Below are positions 24,892 through 41,189 of a DNA stretch of 64,000 nucleotides, piece after piece (position 1 is the stretch's first letter; each line of letters opens with the position of its first letter). This DNA is from Octopus sinensis (lineage: Eukaryota). The translations under genes and the position numbers were made by a program. Below the pieces are notes generated by a model. It had not been told where the DNA came from. It worked only from the letters and a program-made list of their open reading frames with translations, and made no database searches. Where the stretch lies: positions 77,562,001 to 77,626,000 of the forward strand of contig NC_043003.1 in NCBI RefSeq assembly GCF_006345805.1. Direction: 5' to 3'.

Positions 24892-25117
24892 ACTCATGTC
24901 GAAGGCTCTTCATTGGGCCTTGGGCCCAACAATGATACTTTATGCATTGAGTACATATAAAATTTTATTAAACTTGACCAATATTTTTCAAGCAATGAAC
25001 AATTTTCATCAAAACATTGATATAATTTGTAGACTTGGAACTTATTGCAAAGCTTCATGATAAACAGCATCTTTTGTCTTCCCATTCGGGAGTCAGTACC
25101 ATTTTTTTCTGTCCAAC

Positions 25118-25167
<50 letters not shown>

Positions 25168-25934
25168 ATTGTTTTCAACCATCACCAGTACCCCCACCAT
25201 CACCACCACAACTGCTATACACATACCATTCAGACTTCTGACGCCACCACCATCAATACTTTTGATTTCGCCGCCTTCCCCTCCACCACCATCACCACTG
25301 TCATTCACATCGCTTACTCTCACCATCACTCCCGGAATTTTGAGCAAGTACCTTTACCATAACCTTGCTTAATCCAAAACCTGTAAAATTAAATTAGTGG
25401 AGGCAGTTACCATTTTTGTAGCGGTAAAAAATGGCGGTCCCAGGTATGATTTTGCTAGGAGAAATATTACGGTGATAGTGGGACCTTATAATTGGAACGA
25501 TTTTGAGGTCTCTAGCTTCGTGTTGCTCGTGATTAAGAGGCAGGGCATGGCACGATGATATTCTTTTGGTGTGAGTAGCATTTTCGATTTCGTGCTTTTG
25601 AAAGGGAGAAGACTGGCATGCTTTCATCACTGAAAAATGCTTTCGAGGACTTGATTCATAGAATCAATATGGGTTGGCGTGTGATGTCAAAGTTGTGAAT
25701 GAATGAGGTATGGTTGTACGAAGTAGGAAAGCGTGATGGCTGCTGTGGGATGTGACGGCAAGTAAGCCAAGGATATATAAAAGGAAGAGTATGAGAAACA
25801 AAACCGAACCTTGGAACACGGTAAAGTTGATAGGATAAGGTACAGTAAGAACTCTTTTGTCTCACACTGCGATACCGCACACTGAAGTAAACCAGCTTTC
25901 CAAGGCATGACAGACACGTGGAGAGAATGAAAGC

Positions 25935-26126
25935 AAATTCCAACTGGAACCCACCTGCAAGGTCATTTGGTGTTTATTTTGATATGAGGTCAATATGTCG
26001 CGCATTTTTGGTTGTGATGCATGTGCCTGGTGTACCGTTATCAGACATGTAGTCATAATGGATTTATTGGGTTTCGTATAGTTGTACGTCAGCGTCACTT
26101 TGATGACATGTGCTGCTTTCACACTC
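25935..26126 (+). mobile_element. 5'-truncated diverged copy of the (AAT)n-anchored element
   Basis: CCCACCTGCAAGGTCAT...GCTTTCACACTC then (AAT)n. Confidence 0.85.
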
Positions 26127-26136
26127 ATTAATAATG

Positions 26137-26178
<42 letters not shown>

Positions 26179-26203
26179 TTAATAATAATAATAATAATAA
26201 TAT

Positions 26204-26965
26204 CAAGACATCGAAAAAGGCAATACGGTAGACAATTACAGGCTGATATCCTGCTTGCCGGCCGCTTATGTGGTGGAAATTATTGACTGGAGTTGTTGCA
26301 GGGTCAATGTACGGACATCTGGAAAAAATTAGAGTCTTGCCACATGAGCAGAAGGGTTGCAAGCGTAAGTGCAGAGGTACCAAGGATCAACTCCTGGTAG
26401 ACAAAACTGTACTTAGAGACTGCAAGAGGAGGAAAACTAAATTAGACATGTTATGGATCGATTATCGTAAGGCATACAATATATTCCCACATTCTAGAAA
26501 TATGGAATGTATGAACCTATTTAGTATTGCATCGAATGTTGAGCGATTGCTTGGAAAAAGTATGGCGAAGTGGAGGACGGAACTGACAGCATATGGAAGA
26601 AGTTTAGGGACAATAAAAATTAGGAGAGACATCTTCCAAGGGGACTGCCTGTCCCCACTGATCTTTTTACTGTGCATGCTACTACTGACACTGATTCTGA
26701 GGAAAGCAAAGGCTGGATTTGTATTCAAGAGCTGCCAACAAAATGTCAACCACCTGTTATCCATTGTTGACCTCAAACTTTATAGTAAAGATGAATCCCA
26801 AGTCAGTTCACTCGTTGATACGGTGTATACTTTCAGTGCTGATATCAGAATGGAGTTCGGACTGAAAAAGTGCGGTAAAAATAAGGGGTGTTACCTTAGT
26901 TCACTGGTAGTGAACAGCTGACACCGTAGTACATCTCCAGCGTTAGAAGCTGTGCAAAGACAATA
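26204..26965 (+). mobile_element. R4/Dong-clade reverse transcriptase fragment joined to a putative 3' UTR, flanked by (AAT)n
   Basis: [15 protein letters not shown]; ORF 26268-26921 with [51 protein letters not shown] (catalytic xxDD lost), FGLKKC. Confidence 0.9.
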
Positions 26966-26979
26966 AAATAATAATAATA

Positions 26980-27200
26980 ATCCTTTCTATTATAGGTACA
27001 AGGCTTGAAACTTTGTGGGAAGGGACTAGTCGATTACATCGACCCCAGTGTTTCAGTGATGCTTAATGTATCGACCCCCGAAATGATGAAAGGCAAAGTC
27101 GACCTCGGTGAAATTTGAACTCAGAACCTAACGGCAGACGAAATACCGCCAGGCATTTCGCCTGGCGTGCAAACAATTCTGCCAGCTCGACGGCTTAACT
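26980..27200 (-). mobile_element. SINE-B between (AAT)n arrays
   Basis: CCTTTCTATTATAGG...GCCAGCTCGACGGCTT. Confidence 0.85.
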
Positions 27201-27243
27201 GATAATAATAATATTAATAATAATATTAATAATAATAATAATA

Positions 27244-27299
<56 letters not shown>

Positions 27300-27832
27300 T
27301 GGCTCTCATGGCTTCTGATCTTAACTGATTGGAAGTGTTATCATGTACATTGTTTTGTCTTGGTATAAAAGATGGGCTACAGCAAATATTCTGCTCAATA
27401 CCACAGATTTGCTTGTCAGTTGTTTGACCGTAACCAGTTGAGCATGTCCCTTAGTGGCTGACGATATGTGCATCTCTGATCACGTGCAGAAGTAGTGAGG
27501 GAGCATCATAGCCATGTGTTGAGAGGGATTCTTTCGAGTTTGAATAATTCACCTCTGGAAACATGGGTGGTTCTTTCAACATCCTTAAACAACCCTTATT
27601 CAGGGACCGTATGAGCGGGATGGGCCACTCAACCTGAAGAGATTTCTAACTGGGCCCCACCTGCAAGGTCATGTGCTGTTTATCTTGATATGAGATCACC
27701 ATGTCGCGCACATATGGTTGTGATGCATGTGCCTGGTGTACCCTTATCAGACGGGTAGTAATGAATGGGTATATTGGGCTTCGTATATTTTACCCCAGTG
27801 TCACTTTGATGGCATGAACTGCTCTCTCACTC
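27300..27832 (+). mobile_element. (AAT)n-anchored element, tandem copy 1
   Basis: Near-identical to 27945-28466. Confidence 0.9.
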
Positions 27833-27893
27833 AATAATAATAATAATGATAATAATAATATATAATAATAATATAATAATAATAATAATAATA

Positions 27894-27944
<51 letters not shown>

Positions 27945-28466
27945 TGGCTCTCATGGCTTCTGATCTTAACTGATTGGAAGTGTTATCATGTACATTGTTT
28001 TGTCTTGGTATTCTGCTCAATATTCTGCTCAATACCACAGATTTGCTTGTCAGTTGTTTGACCGTAACCAGTTGAGCATGTCCCTTAGTGGCTGACGATA
28101 TGTGCATCTCTGATCACGTGCAGAAGTAGTGAGGGAGCATCATAGCCATGTGTTGAGAGGGATTCTTTCGAGTTTGAATAATTCACCTCTGGAAACATGG
28201 GTGGTTCTTTCAACATCCTTAAACAACCCTTATTCAGGGACCGTATGAGCGGGATGGGCCACTCAACCTGAAGAGATTTCTAACTGGGCCCCACCTGCAA
28301 GGTCATGTGCTGTTTATCTTGATATGAGATCACCATGTCGCGCACATATGGTTGTGATGCATGTGCCTGGTGTACCCTTATCAGACGGGTAGTAATGAAT
28401 GGGTATATTGGGCTTCGTATATTTTACCCCAGTGTCACTTTGATGGCATGAACTGCTCTCTCACTC
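27945..28466 (+). mobile_element. (AAT)n-anchored element, tandem copy 2
   Basis: Shares private variants with copy 1; 21 bp replaced by a 10-bp local duplication. Confidence 0.9.
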
Positions 28467-28485
28467 AATAATAATAATAATAATG

Positions 28486-28520
<35 letters not shown>

Positions 28521-28554
28521 TAATAATAATAATAATGATAGTAATAATATTTTA

Positions 28555-28755
28555 TGCTATAGACACAAGGCCTGGAATTTTGGGGGAGGCGTAAGTCGAT
28601 TACATTGACCCCAGTACTCAACTGATACTTAATTTATCGAACCCGAAAGCATGAAAGGCAGAGTCAACCTCGGCAGAATTTGAACTACGAACATAGCAGC
28701 AGACGAAATGCCGTTAAGCCTGACGTGCCAAGAGTTCAGCCAGCATGCCGCTTAA
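28555..28755 (-). mobile_element. SINE-B between AAT arrays
   Basis: GTCAACCTCGGCAGAATTTGAACT core. Confidence 0.8.
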
Positions 28756-29649
28756 TAAATAATAATAATAATAATGATGATGGTTTCTAATTTACGCACA
28801 AGGTGGTTTAGTCTATACCGTCGATTCGAGTTCTTGTCTGGTACTTTTTTGTTTTTACCAACCCCGGTGAGACGAAAAGCAAAGATGACTTTAATAGAAT
28901 TATACCTTCAGAATTGGTCGTTTATGCATTATTTTAATTGCATTACTGAAAGGTGTTGATTAATTGCATCTACGTGATCATAACTCATTAGTTGTTAAAC
29001 TTAAAAATGTGAATGAAATTCAATATTTGGAAACATAAAATAATATTTTTGTTTCGACGCAAAAGCAGCGAAAAATCAGTTATTCGTAATAAAGAATATG
29101 ATTATCACTGATTAATTAACAGGGCGAATGAGCGTGTTGTAAGACCACTCTGTAAGTGAGACTCCGAGTTCTTGTAATTTAAAGTGTCACTCAGAACCCA
29201 GAATGTGTGTGGGTGTGCGCGCGTGTGTGTGTAGAACAGACACTTACAGAGCACCCTAGCCTCTGTGTTTGTAGGTACTCCGCAGAAAGCTAGAGTAAAG
29301 CTAATCATCGAATTACCTCGGATGTTTTGGGCTGATTCTGGGTGGTCCACAATATACTGATATTGCGACTTCATACGGTCGGAACCACTATTGTTAAACT
29401 ATACGGGGAAAACTCAAAATCACTTCAAACTGATGCAAACTAATAGGAGGCTGGTTAGATATGGGAAGGAGTAAATCGAAACAGTTATAGTTACTGTATC
29501 GAGATTAAATGTCATAAATAATTTACATCAATTTACGTTTTCTGTTCGAGTGTCGTTGAGATCGTGTATACCTTTTAACCGTTTTGAGTGGATTAAATAA
29601 GAACTAGTAAAAGGGAATTGGGAAACAAAACTAGAGTAGACCTCAACTA

Positions 29650-30480
29650 TTGTAACGTCTTTCCAAGTATTTTATGAAATCCAACATTTAGCAGAAGGAT
29701 TCAGGGTTAAAGCAAGGGTAAAACTAACGAAACCAATTAACAGTGGGGTTTGTAGTCTGGTTTATTTATTTACTTCAATTTTATTTATAATTTAGAAGAA
29801 CAGTATCTGTAACTCTTTTTAAGACCTCCAATATTGGTGAGAAGGCTACAAGAAGTTATTCTTGAACAGGAAACCTACCCAGAATGCTCACTACAGAGTA
29901 GACTCCATTAAAGACAAGCAGTAGAATCAAAATTTGGTGTTGATACGAACGACAGATTAAATCTAACCACCAAGAACAAAAATGGTTCCTTCAATGAGCT
30001 TTCTGTCCGCTGACTTATACTTAGAAGCTTTTGCATATGCTGAGATTAGAGCTGAAACTAATCCTAAATGTTATAGTGAGATCGACATCAAAACCACTTT
30101 CGAAGAGAAATTTTTAACCATATGCTTGCCTGAAACCATTTCATTTTGCCTGCGTCAGTCATGCTGATGGAAGTTTATATCTTATAACGTCCTATATGTA
30201 CGCTCTCTGAATCATAACATCATTGGTGTCTTAAGAGAAAACCAAATTTTTGACAGAACAAATAACGAAGAGTTTAGCTTTTCCTTTTGGTCCTGTAAAA
30301 CTTCCCAGTTGGATACCACGATACAGCAGATAAAGTTCCGGTTAACCCAAACCAAGACCGTGGCTCGATTCTTGGTTGTAACTATTTTACTTACTCTGCT
30401 ATTGCAACTTATAACAGCATAGGTATCGCGATTCCTATTTTACTCTTTGGAGCCCGTAGAAATGTTCACCAGTTGATGGC
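29650..30480 (+). mobile_element. highly decayed Penelope-like reverse transcriptase
   Basis: Ordered peptides VTLFKTSNI (cf. VSLFTNI), KFGVDTNDRLN, QEQK..SMSFLSADLYLEAF..ETNPKCY (cf. GSP.SP..A.LYME.FE..KPK.W.RY.DD), DGSL, HNIIGVLR. Confidence 0.5.
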
Positions 30481-32006
30481 TACTTCGAGTCACTGCACGT
30501 CATACTGACAGTTACCAACCATACACGCATACGAGTGTATCAAATGATAGCTTAGCACTGAATTTGACATTGTAAAGATTAAATATAAAATAAAAATTAA
30601 TAGAGATTAACTTGTTCGATTAATAATTCACACTGAAAGTAATCCCGCACTTGCTCAGTAAACATTGTATGCACGAGTTGCTACTACCTGTAGCCGGATT
30701 TAATATTAATCTAAAATAAATCTTCTCTGGATTCTCATTGAAGTTGTTATTTGTTTATTTTTGAAGATAATAATGGAGGCATTTCTCCGCCACCGCCACC
30801 GTCAGGTTCTTTGTTTTTCATCGCTAACTGACGATTAAATTCCTAATAGAGAAAATTCAGGGCAACTCGTAGTGTGTGTCAGTAACTATTATACAGTGAT
30901 GTCGGTGCGTTAGGATATCTGATATTTCGGAGCTGTCCCTAAATCTAAGAGAGAGAGAAAAAATATTTCAATGGATGTTTGCTCTCTTCTTTCAGCTAAC
31001 GAACCAATCTTAAAACATCAGAAAGCTATTTTCTCCACTGTGTAGGAACTTATCCAAACTCACAAAGTACACCTACGAATTGCTTATATCGAGAGGGATT
31101 GAATGGCGCTGTTAAACGCTATTATGCACTAAACTACATATTTTATGGCACTTGACTGAGTACAAGTAATGTTGTGACATCTTTTATTGACATTATTTAT
31201 AACTTATGATGATTATATATAGTTTCAAGTAACGATTTTTATTATGGACAAAAGATAACACATTATTTATAATGGCTGTTATTGATGAAATTTCCCTTTT
31301 CCCAATAATTGTCTAGTATTTAATTTGTCGACCACACAATAATGAAAAACAGTCTACTCCGAAGGGAATTGAACGCAGAGCCTGCTGTTAATTCTGACTA
31401 TCCTCTTCCTAAATAATAAAAATAATTACGCAGGGCCAGCTCTAAGTACTCATGGGCCCAGATGCTGTAAAAATGACGTGTGTCTCCACCCCATCGAAGT
31501 ATGATGAAATTATATTAAACATGAACCCAGGTGCTGCAGAATCGATAGCACTCAGCTTAAGATGGCACTGTTTTCCTGCCACCAATGATGAAATGAGAAC
31601 AGCAACTGTCATGTCTGAACGAGTCTAACACATTTCACTCCAACGTGGCCACCACCAGATACTGTAGATGTAAAGACAATACAATGAGGTGAACTTATAA
31701 GTGGTCGATACCTTGCTAGAAACATCAGCCAAATGTTTCTCAAAATACACACCACTTTCTTTTATAAACGGTGAAGAGATTGCACAATATAGTCCTCGAT
31801 TCTCTCCCATCTAAAAAAGACCAAATGGTCACATCTCAAATATTTTTGATCCTATGTCAGCTCAAAAAAGTCCACTCGGGACTAAACACCAACAACATCA
31901 AGAAGAGAAGTAATGAGAGAGCAAGACAAGGGGTTGCTCAGTTTACCAGAAAGTGCAAGCAAATTCCACTCAAATCACAAGTGTTTAAATAAGGGTACAT
32001 TAGATA

Positions 32007-32220
32007 CTCTTTGCTCTTTTATTTGTTTCAGTCATTTGACTGTGGTCATGCTGGAGCACCGCCTTTAGTCGAGCAAATCGACCCCAGGACTTATTCTTTG
32101 TAAGCCTAGTATTTATTCTATCGGTATCTATTGCCGAACCGCTAAGTTACGGGGACGTAAACACACCAGCATCGGTTGTCAAACGATGTTGGAGGGACAA
32201 ACACCGACACTCACACACAC

Positions 32221-32255
<35 letters not shown>

Positions 32256-32406
32256 TATATTTTCCGTCTACCAAATCCACTCACAAAGCTTTGGTCGGCT
32301 CGAGGCTATAGTAGAAGACACTTGCCCAAGGTTCCACGCAGTGGGATTGAATCCGAAACCATGTGGTCCGTAAGCAAGCTACTTACCACACAGCCACTCC
32401 TACGCC
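32007..32406 (-). mobile_element. SINE-A, full length
   Basis: CTACTTACCACACAGCCACTCCTACGCC end. Confidence 0.9.
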
Positions 32407-33177
32407 TATTGTAACTTTGGATATACTTCAATACACCATCAATAACAGCATCAGCTTTATTGAAATAAACTGGGCAGCGAAGCGAATATATGTTCAGATT
32501 TTTAAACTGCTTCCCATGCTTTTAACCACTATATGCAGCAGGGTACTAATAGTCCTCAAATAGAGGAGGTATGGCATATCTAGAGCAGCAAATCTGTGTA
32601 TAGTGCTGAGTCGCTCCACCGACTACCTTCGCCCCATATATATCAGATCCATCACAACAATATGCACAATAATAAATTTGGTTTCATCTTTCGGCACAGA
32701 GAATATTATTGCATTAGTTGCAATGATATTGGAGTATACAGGTAGGGAAATGGGTAGATAATTGGGGCAAATGCATGTTGGGCCGGGTAAATATAGGAGA
32801 AAATAGGAATGAGGTACGAAGATCCGGGAGATTTCGTGTACGTTTAATTTCATTTTTATTGTTGCAGTAGGGATGAATAAATAGCAGCTTACAAGGTTGA
32901 GCGTGAGACTATAAACTAACAATCTGACAAATATAACTGTCAAGGTGTAATTATGGGTCTTAACAAACTTTTATTCTTTTACTGGTTTTAGTCATTAGAC
33001 TGCGTCCATGATGGGGTAGTAACTTCAAAGTATTTAGTCGATCCTTTATTTCAGTTTCAGTTGAGTAAGTTTTCATTGACCAAATTTTACTTACAAAGTC
33101 ACCACCAGCCTAGAGTAGACGTTACTTTCCTAAAGGACTATACGCTGCAGAAAGAACTTCCTGAACCCGCAACTCCT

Positions 33178-33533
33178 GGCTATGTGGTAAGTAGTTTGCT
33201 TACCAACCGCATCGTTCCGGGTTCAGTCCCACTGCATGGCACCTTGGGCAAGTGTCTTCTACTATGGCCTCAGGCCGACCAAAACCTTGTGAGTGGATTT
33301 TGTAGAAGGAAACTGAAAGAAGCCCGTCGTATATATGCGCGCGCGCGTGTTTGTATTTGTCGCTTGACAACCGGTGTTGAGGTGTTCACGTCCCCGTAAC
33401 TTAGCGGTTTGGCAAAAGAAACCGATAGAATAAGTACTAGGCTTACAAAGAATAAGTCCTGGGGTCAATATGTTCGACTAAAGGCGGTGCTCCGGCTTGG
33501 CCGCAGTCAAATGGCTGAAACAAATAAAAAGAA
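33178..33533 (+). mobile_element. SINE-A
   Basis: GGCTATGTGGTAAGTAG head to GGCTGAAACAAATAAAAAG tail. Confidence 0.85.
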
Positions 33534-33540
33534 TTATATA

Positions 33541-33705
33541 TATATTAGAAGGAAAAGACAACAAAAATCAAGGCAAGGCGAGTATCTCAAGTCATTTAGA
33601 ATATATAATTAAATATACTCTAATTAAATATTCTTAGTTAAATATTCTAAATGACTTTAGATACTCGCCTTGCCTTAGTTTAGTTGTTCTTTTTCCTCTA
33701 ACATA
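33541..33705. repeat. palindromic MITE-like element
   Basis: 35-bp arms 33570-33604 and 33642-33676 match 34/35; imperfect pairing extends to about 60 bp; TA context at both ends. Confidence 0.75.
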
Positions 33706-33909
33706 TACCTGATAACCCGGAAGCCTAATACGGATCCCTAGCTCCAGCCTCAGCTGTGGACTTGGAACCTAACGGATGACCAAATATAGCACTCCTACAG
33801 CGTACCTATTCGTTTAGATTACCAGTGAACTAAACCCCTCATATTCCTTATATATGTGTGTGTGTGTGTGTATGTGTGTGTGCGTGTGTGCGTACGTGTG
33901 TGTGTGTGT

Positions 33910-34328
33910 GGCTATGTGGTAAGAAGCTTGCTTACCAGTTACATGGTTCCGGGTTCAGTTCCATTGCGTGGCAACTTGGGTAAGTGCCTTCTACTATGTG
34001 GATTTGGTAGACGGAAACTGAAAGAACCCCGTCGAATACATACACACACAAAGACACACACACACACACACACCTATATATATATGTATGTATGAATTTG
34101 TATATATGTATGTATGCATGAATTTGTGTCTGTGATTGTCCCACCACCATCGCTTGACAACCGATGTTGGTGTGTTTACGTCCCCGTGACTTAGCTGTTC
34201 GGCAAAAGAGACCGATAGAATAAGTACTAGGCTTACAAACAATAAGTCCCGGGGTCGATTTGTTCGATCAAAGGCGGTGCTCCAGTATGGCCGCAGTCAA
34301 ATGACTGAAACAAATAAAGGGTAAAAGA
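33910..34328 (+). mobile_element. SINE-A
   Basis: GGCTATGTGGTAAGAAGC head, expanded internal microsatellite. Confidence 0.85.
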
Positions 34329-34434
34329 ATATATATGTGTATGTAGTCTGTATGTACGTATACACATATATATATACATACATGTATATATATATGTGTG
34401 TACATACATATATATGTATGCATACACATGTATG

Positions 34435-34468
<34 letters not shown>

Positions 34469-34723
34469 TGTATGTATGTATGTATGTATGTATGCATGCA
34501 TGCATGTATTTATGTATGTGTGTATAGATAGATGGATTGGTAGATAGAGAGATAGATAGATAGAAACAGACAGATTGGCACGAATCTAGTTCTTTACAAT
34601 AGGTTCGTATTTCAAGTTACCGGTTTGTCTCCAGATTAGATATAAAATGCCTTCGTATCTAGTTTAGGTATCAGTAACTTAGAAATCGGCTAACCAGATG
34701 CGAGGCACCAGCATTTATACTCA

Positions 34724-38160
<3,437 letters not shown>

Positions 38161-38576
38161 TCTGTCTCTTTATCTATCTACGTACATACATCTACGTATG
38201 TATATATATATGTATGTATCTATGCATGCATTGACGCATGTATTGATGTATGTATGAACGCATGTAGAGTGCGTATATATGTATGCATGTACAAACGTTT
38301 CGTTTGATTTTTTACTATATTACATTATCTGATATATTCCTACTTATACATCATGTTCGAATTCATGACTATACAACAAATAAGAATATATATATATATA
38401 TACTTCAATAAATAAACACCCGCACACACACACACACACACAAACACACAAAACATATATTAAGAGAAAATTTATAATATAATCATAATTAATGGATATA
38501 TATATATACATACATACATACATATATATGTATATATGTATGTATGGATATATATATATGAGTATATACTTATGTT

Positions 38577-38608
<32 letters not shown>

Positions 38609-39007
38609 TGCATGTATGTATGTATGTATGTATGTATGTATACACGCATTCAGAGACATACTCAAATACACTCGTGAAGACACTGTGACAGCTACATTTG
38701 ACACAGGAACCATATTATGTTTGACTAAATCTCTTATTTTGCTTTATGTCAGCTAGTGTTTCCATATACGAGAAATATATCCCCAAATCCCCAACTATAT
38801 TAAATATCTGACACGCGCGCGCTCACGCACACATACACATTTTTTTTATTATTTGGCGTAAGGCTGCAAAAATGGCTTAGAGCATCGTTTATAGCACTTA
38901 AATTCTATGAAACTGCAACGTAGCTTAAGTATGTAATATGCGTGTCTGTGAATGCTTACAGGATATATACTCATATAAACACACACACACACACACACAT
39001 ACACACA

Positions 39008-39062
<55 letters not shown>

Positions 39063-39065
39063 ATA

Positions 39066-39428
39066 TGGTAAGAAGTTTGGTTCGAACTACATGGTTCCGG
39101 GTTCAGTCCCACTGCGTGGTACCTTGAGCAAGTGTCTTTTACTATAGTCTCGGGCTGACCGAAGACCTGTGAGTTGATTTGGTAGATAGAAACTGAAAGA
39201 AGCTCCTCGTATATATATATACGCGCTCGTGTGTGTTTGTCCCCCACTATTGCTTGACAACCGATGCTGGTATGTTTACGTCCACGTAACTTAGCTGTTC
39301 GGCAAATGACACCAATACAATAAGTACTATGGTTACAAAGAATAAGACCTGGGGTCGATCTGTTCTACTAGAAACGGTGCTCCAACATGGTCGCAGTCGA
39401 ATGACTGAAACAAGTAAAAGATAAAAGA

Positions 39429-39430
<2 letters not shown>
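39066..39430 (+). mobile_element. SINE-A
   Basis: GGTTCCGGGTTCAGTCCCACTGCGTGG to GACTGAAACAAGTAAAAG. Confidence 0.85.
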
Positions 39431-39469
<39 letters not shown>

Positions 39470-39576
39470 AATATGATATATATATGTTCGTGTATGTATA
39501 TATATACATATATACACACGTGCATACATACATACATACGTGCATACATACATACGCATGTATATAATCCTTTATA

Positions 39577-39924
39577 TTTTACTTCTTTCAGTCATTGAAC
39601 TGCAGCCATGCAGGGGCACCGCTTTGAGGAATTTTAGTCGATCGAATGGACTTCAGTACCTATATGTTTTAAGTTTGCTGAACCGCTAGGTTATGGAGAC
39701 GTAAACACACCAAGACGTGTTGTCAAGCGATGGTGGGGTCAGACACACTCACACACACGCATCTATACAACAGGCTTCTTTCAGTTTCCGTCTATCATAT
39801 CCACTCACAAGGCTTTAGTCGGCACGAAGCTATAGTAGAAGACACTTCCCCAAGGTGCCACCCAGTGAGATTGAACACGATATCGTGTGATTGAAAAATA
39901 GAACTTCTTACCACACAGCCACAC
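39577..39924 (-). mobile_element. SINE-A, tail-to-tail with the previous copy
   Basis: TTTCAGTCATTGAACTGCAGCC to CTTCTTACCACACAGCC. Confidence 0.85.
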
Positions 39925-40205
39925 ATTTAAAATATATCAACATATATCAAAATATATCAAAAATGTCGTGTGCGTGGGTGTGTCTACAGTCAGCAAGGCG
40001 GATGCTTTAGAAGATCGCTTTGTAATTACGAGACTCCTGGACAAGCGTTCTATTGGCCCCAATACTTATTTTTTTAGCCTGGTACTCATTCCATAGGTCT
40101 CTTTTGTCCTTAGCCATTACGCTATATATATATATAATATATATATATATCTTATATATATAATATATATATGATATATATATATATATATATATAATAT
40201 ATATA

Positions 40206-40248
<43 letters not shown>

Positions 40249-40465
40249 ATATTATATATATATATATATCCTTTCGATCACGAATGACCATGGGATTACA
40301 CCTAGAAAGTTTCCCTCCGAGACACAAGTCTGTACAAAGTTGTTTGTGAAGACCAGCAGTCGCCCATGCATACCAGCCCCCCTCTTCACATCACGTGAAA
40401 TAAAGTGTCTTGCTCAAAAGCACAACACACAGTCCGGTTCGGGAATCACAGCCTGTATATATGTA

Positions 40466-40557
<92 letters not shown>

Positions 40558-41052
40558 CACACACACACACACACACACGCACGACGGTTTCTTTCATTTT
40601 TCGTCTGCCAAATCCGCTCACAAGGCTTTGGTCTGTCCGTGATTGTAGCAGAAGGTACATGGCCAAGGTACCTCGCAGTGGGACTGAACCAGGACAATGT
40701 GTTCTTACCAAGCATATACACACACATAATTAGATTAATTAGTGCCGTTTTAATGCTTGGACACACTAAGCAGTTACCCGGAGACCTCACGGGTTTAGGG
40801 GTCCAATTCGGAGGCTTTTTGTCAATGTATAAATACTATAGGGCCCAGAGCATTGATTTCCCTAGGGGCCTATAATGTTGCTAAGACGGTCATCAGTTAG
40901 ATATTGCGTAGAAATTATAGACAAGCAGATAGACAGACACACAGTCAGGCGCGCGCACACACATATATATGCTGGAATATATTTATACTCTTATATGTTA
41001 TGTATTCATTTCATGCCTTTATAAACAATAAACCATAGATACATTTGTGTGC

Positions 41053-41096
<44 letters not shown>

Positions 41097-41103
41097 CATA
41101 TAT

Positions 41104-41189
<86 letters not shown>

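Noticed and set aside
30240-30420. Resemblance to the pre-M1/M1 region of cephalopod nAChR-like chemotactile receptors
   Set aside because: No Cys-loop or further TM helices; upstream motifs fit a Penelope RT better
30978-31050. Strong-looking splice acceptor TGCTCTCTTCTTTCAG
   Set aside because: All three frames hit stops within 17 codons and no convincing donor follows
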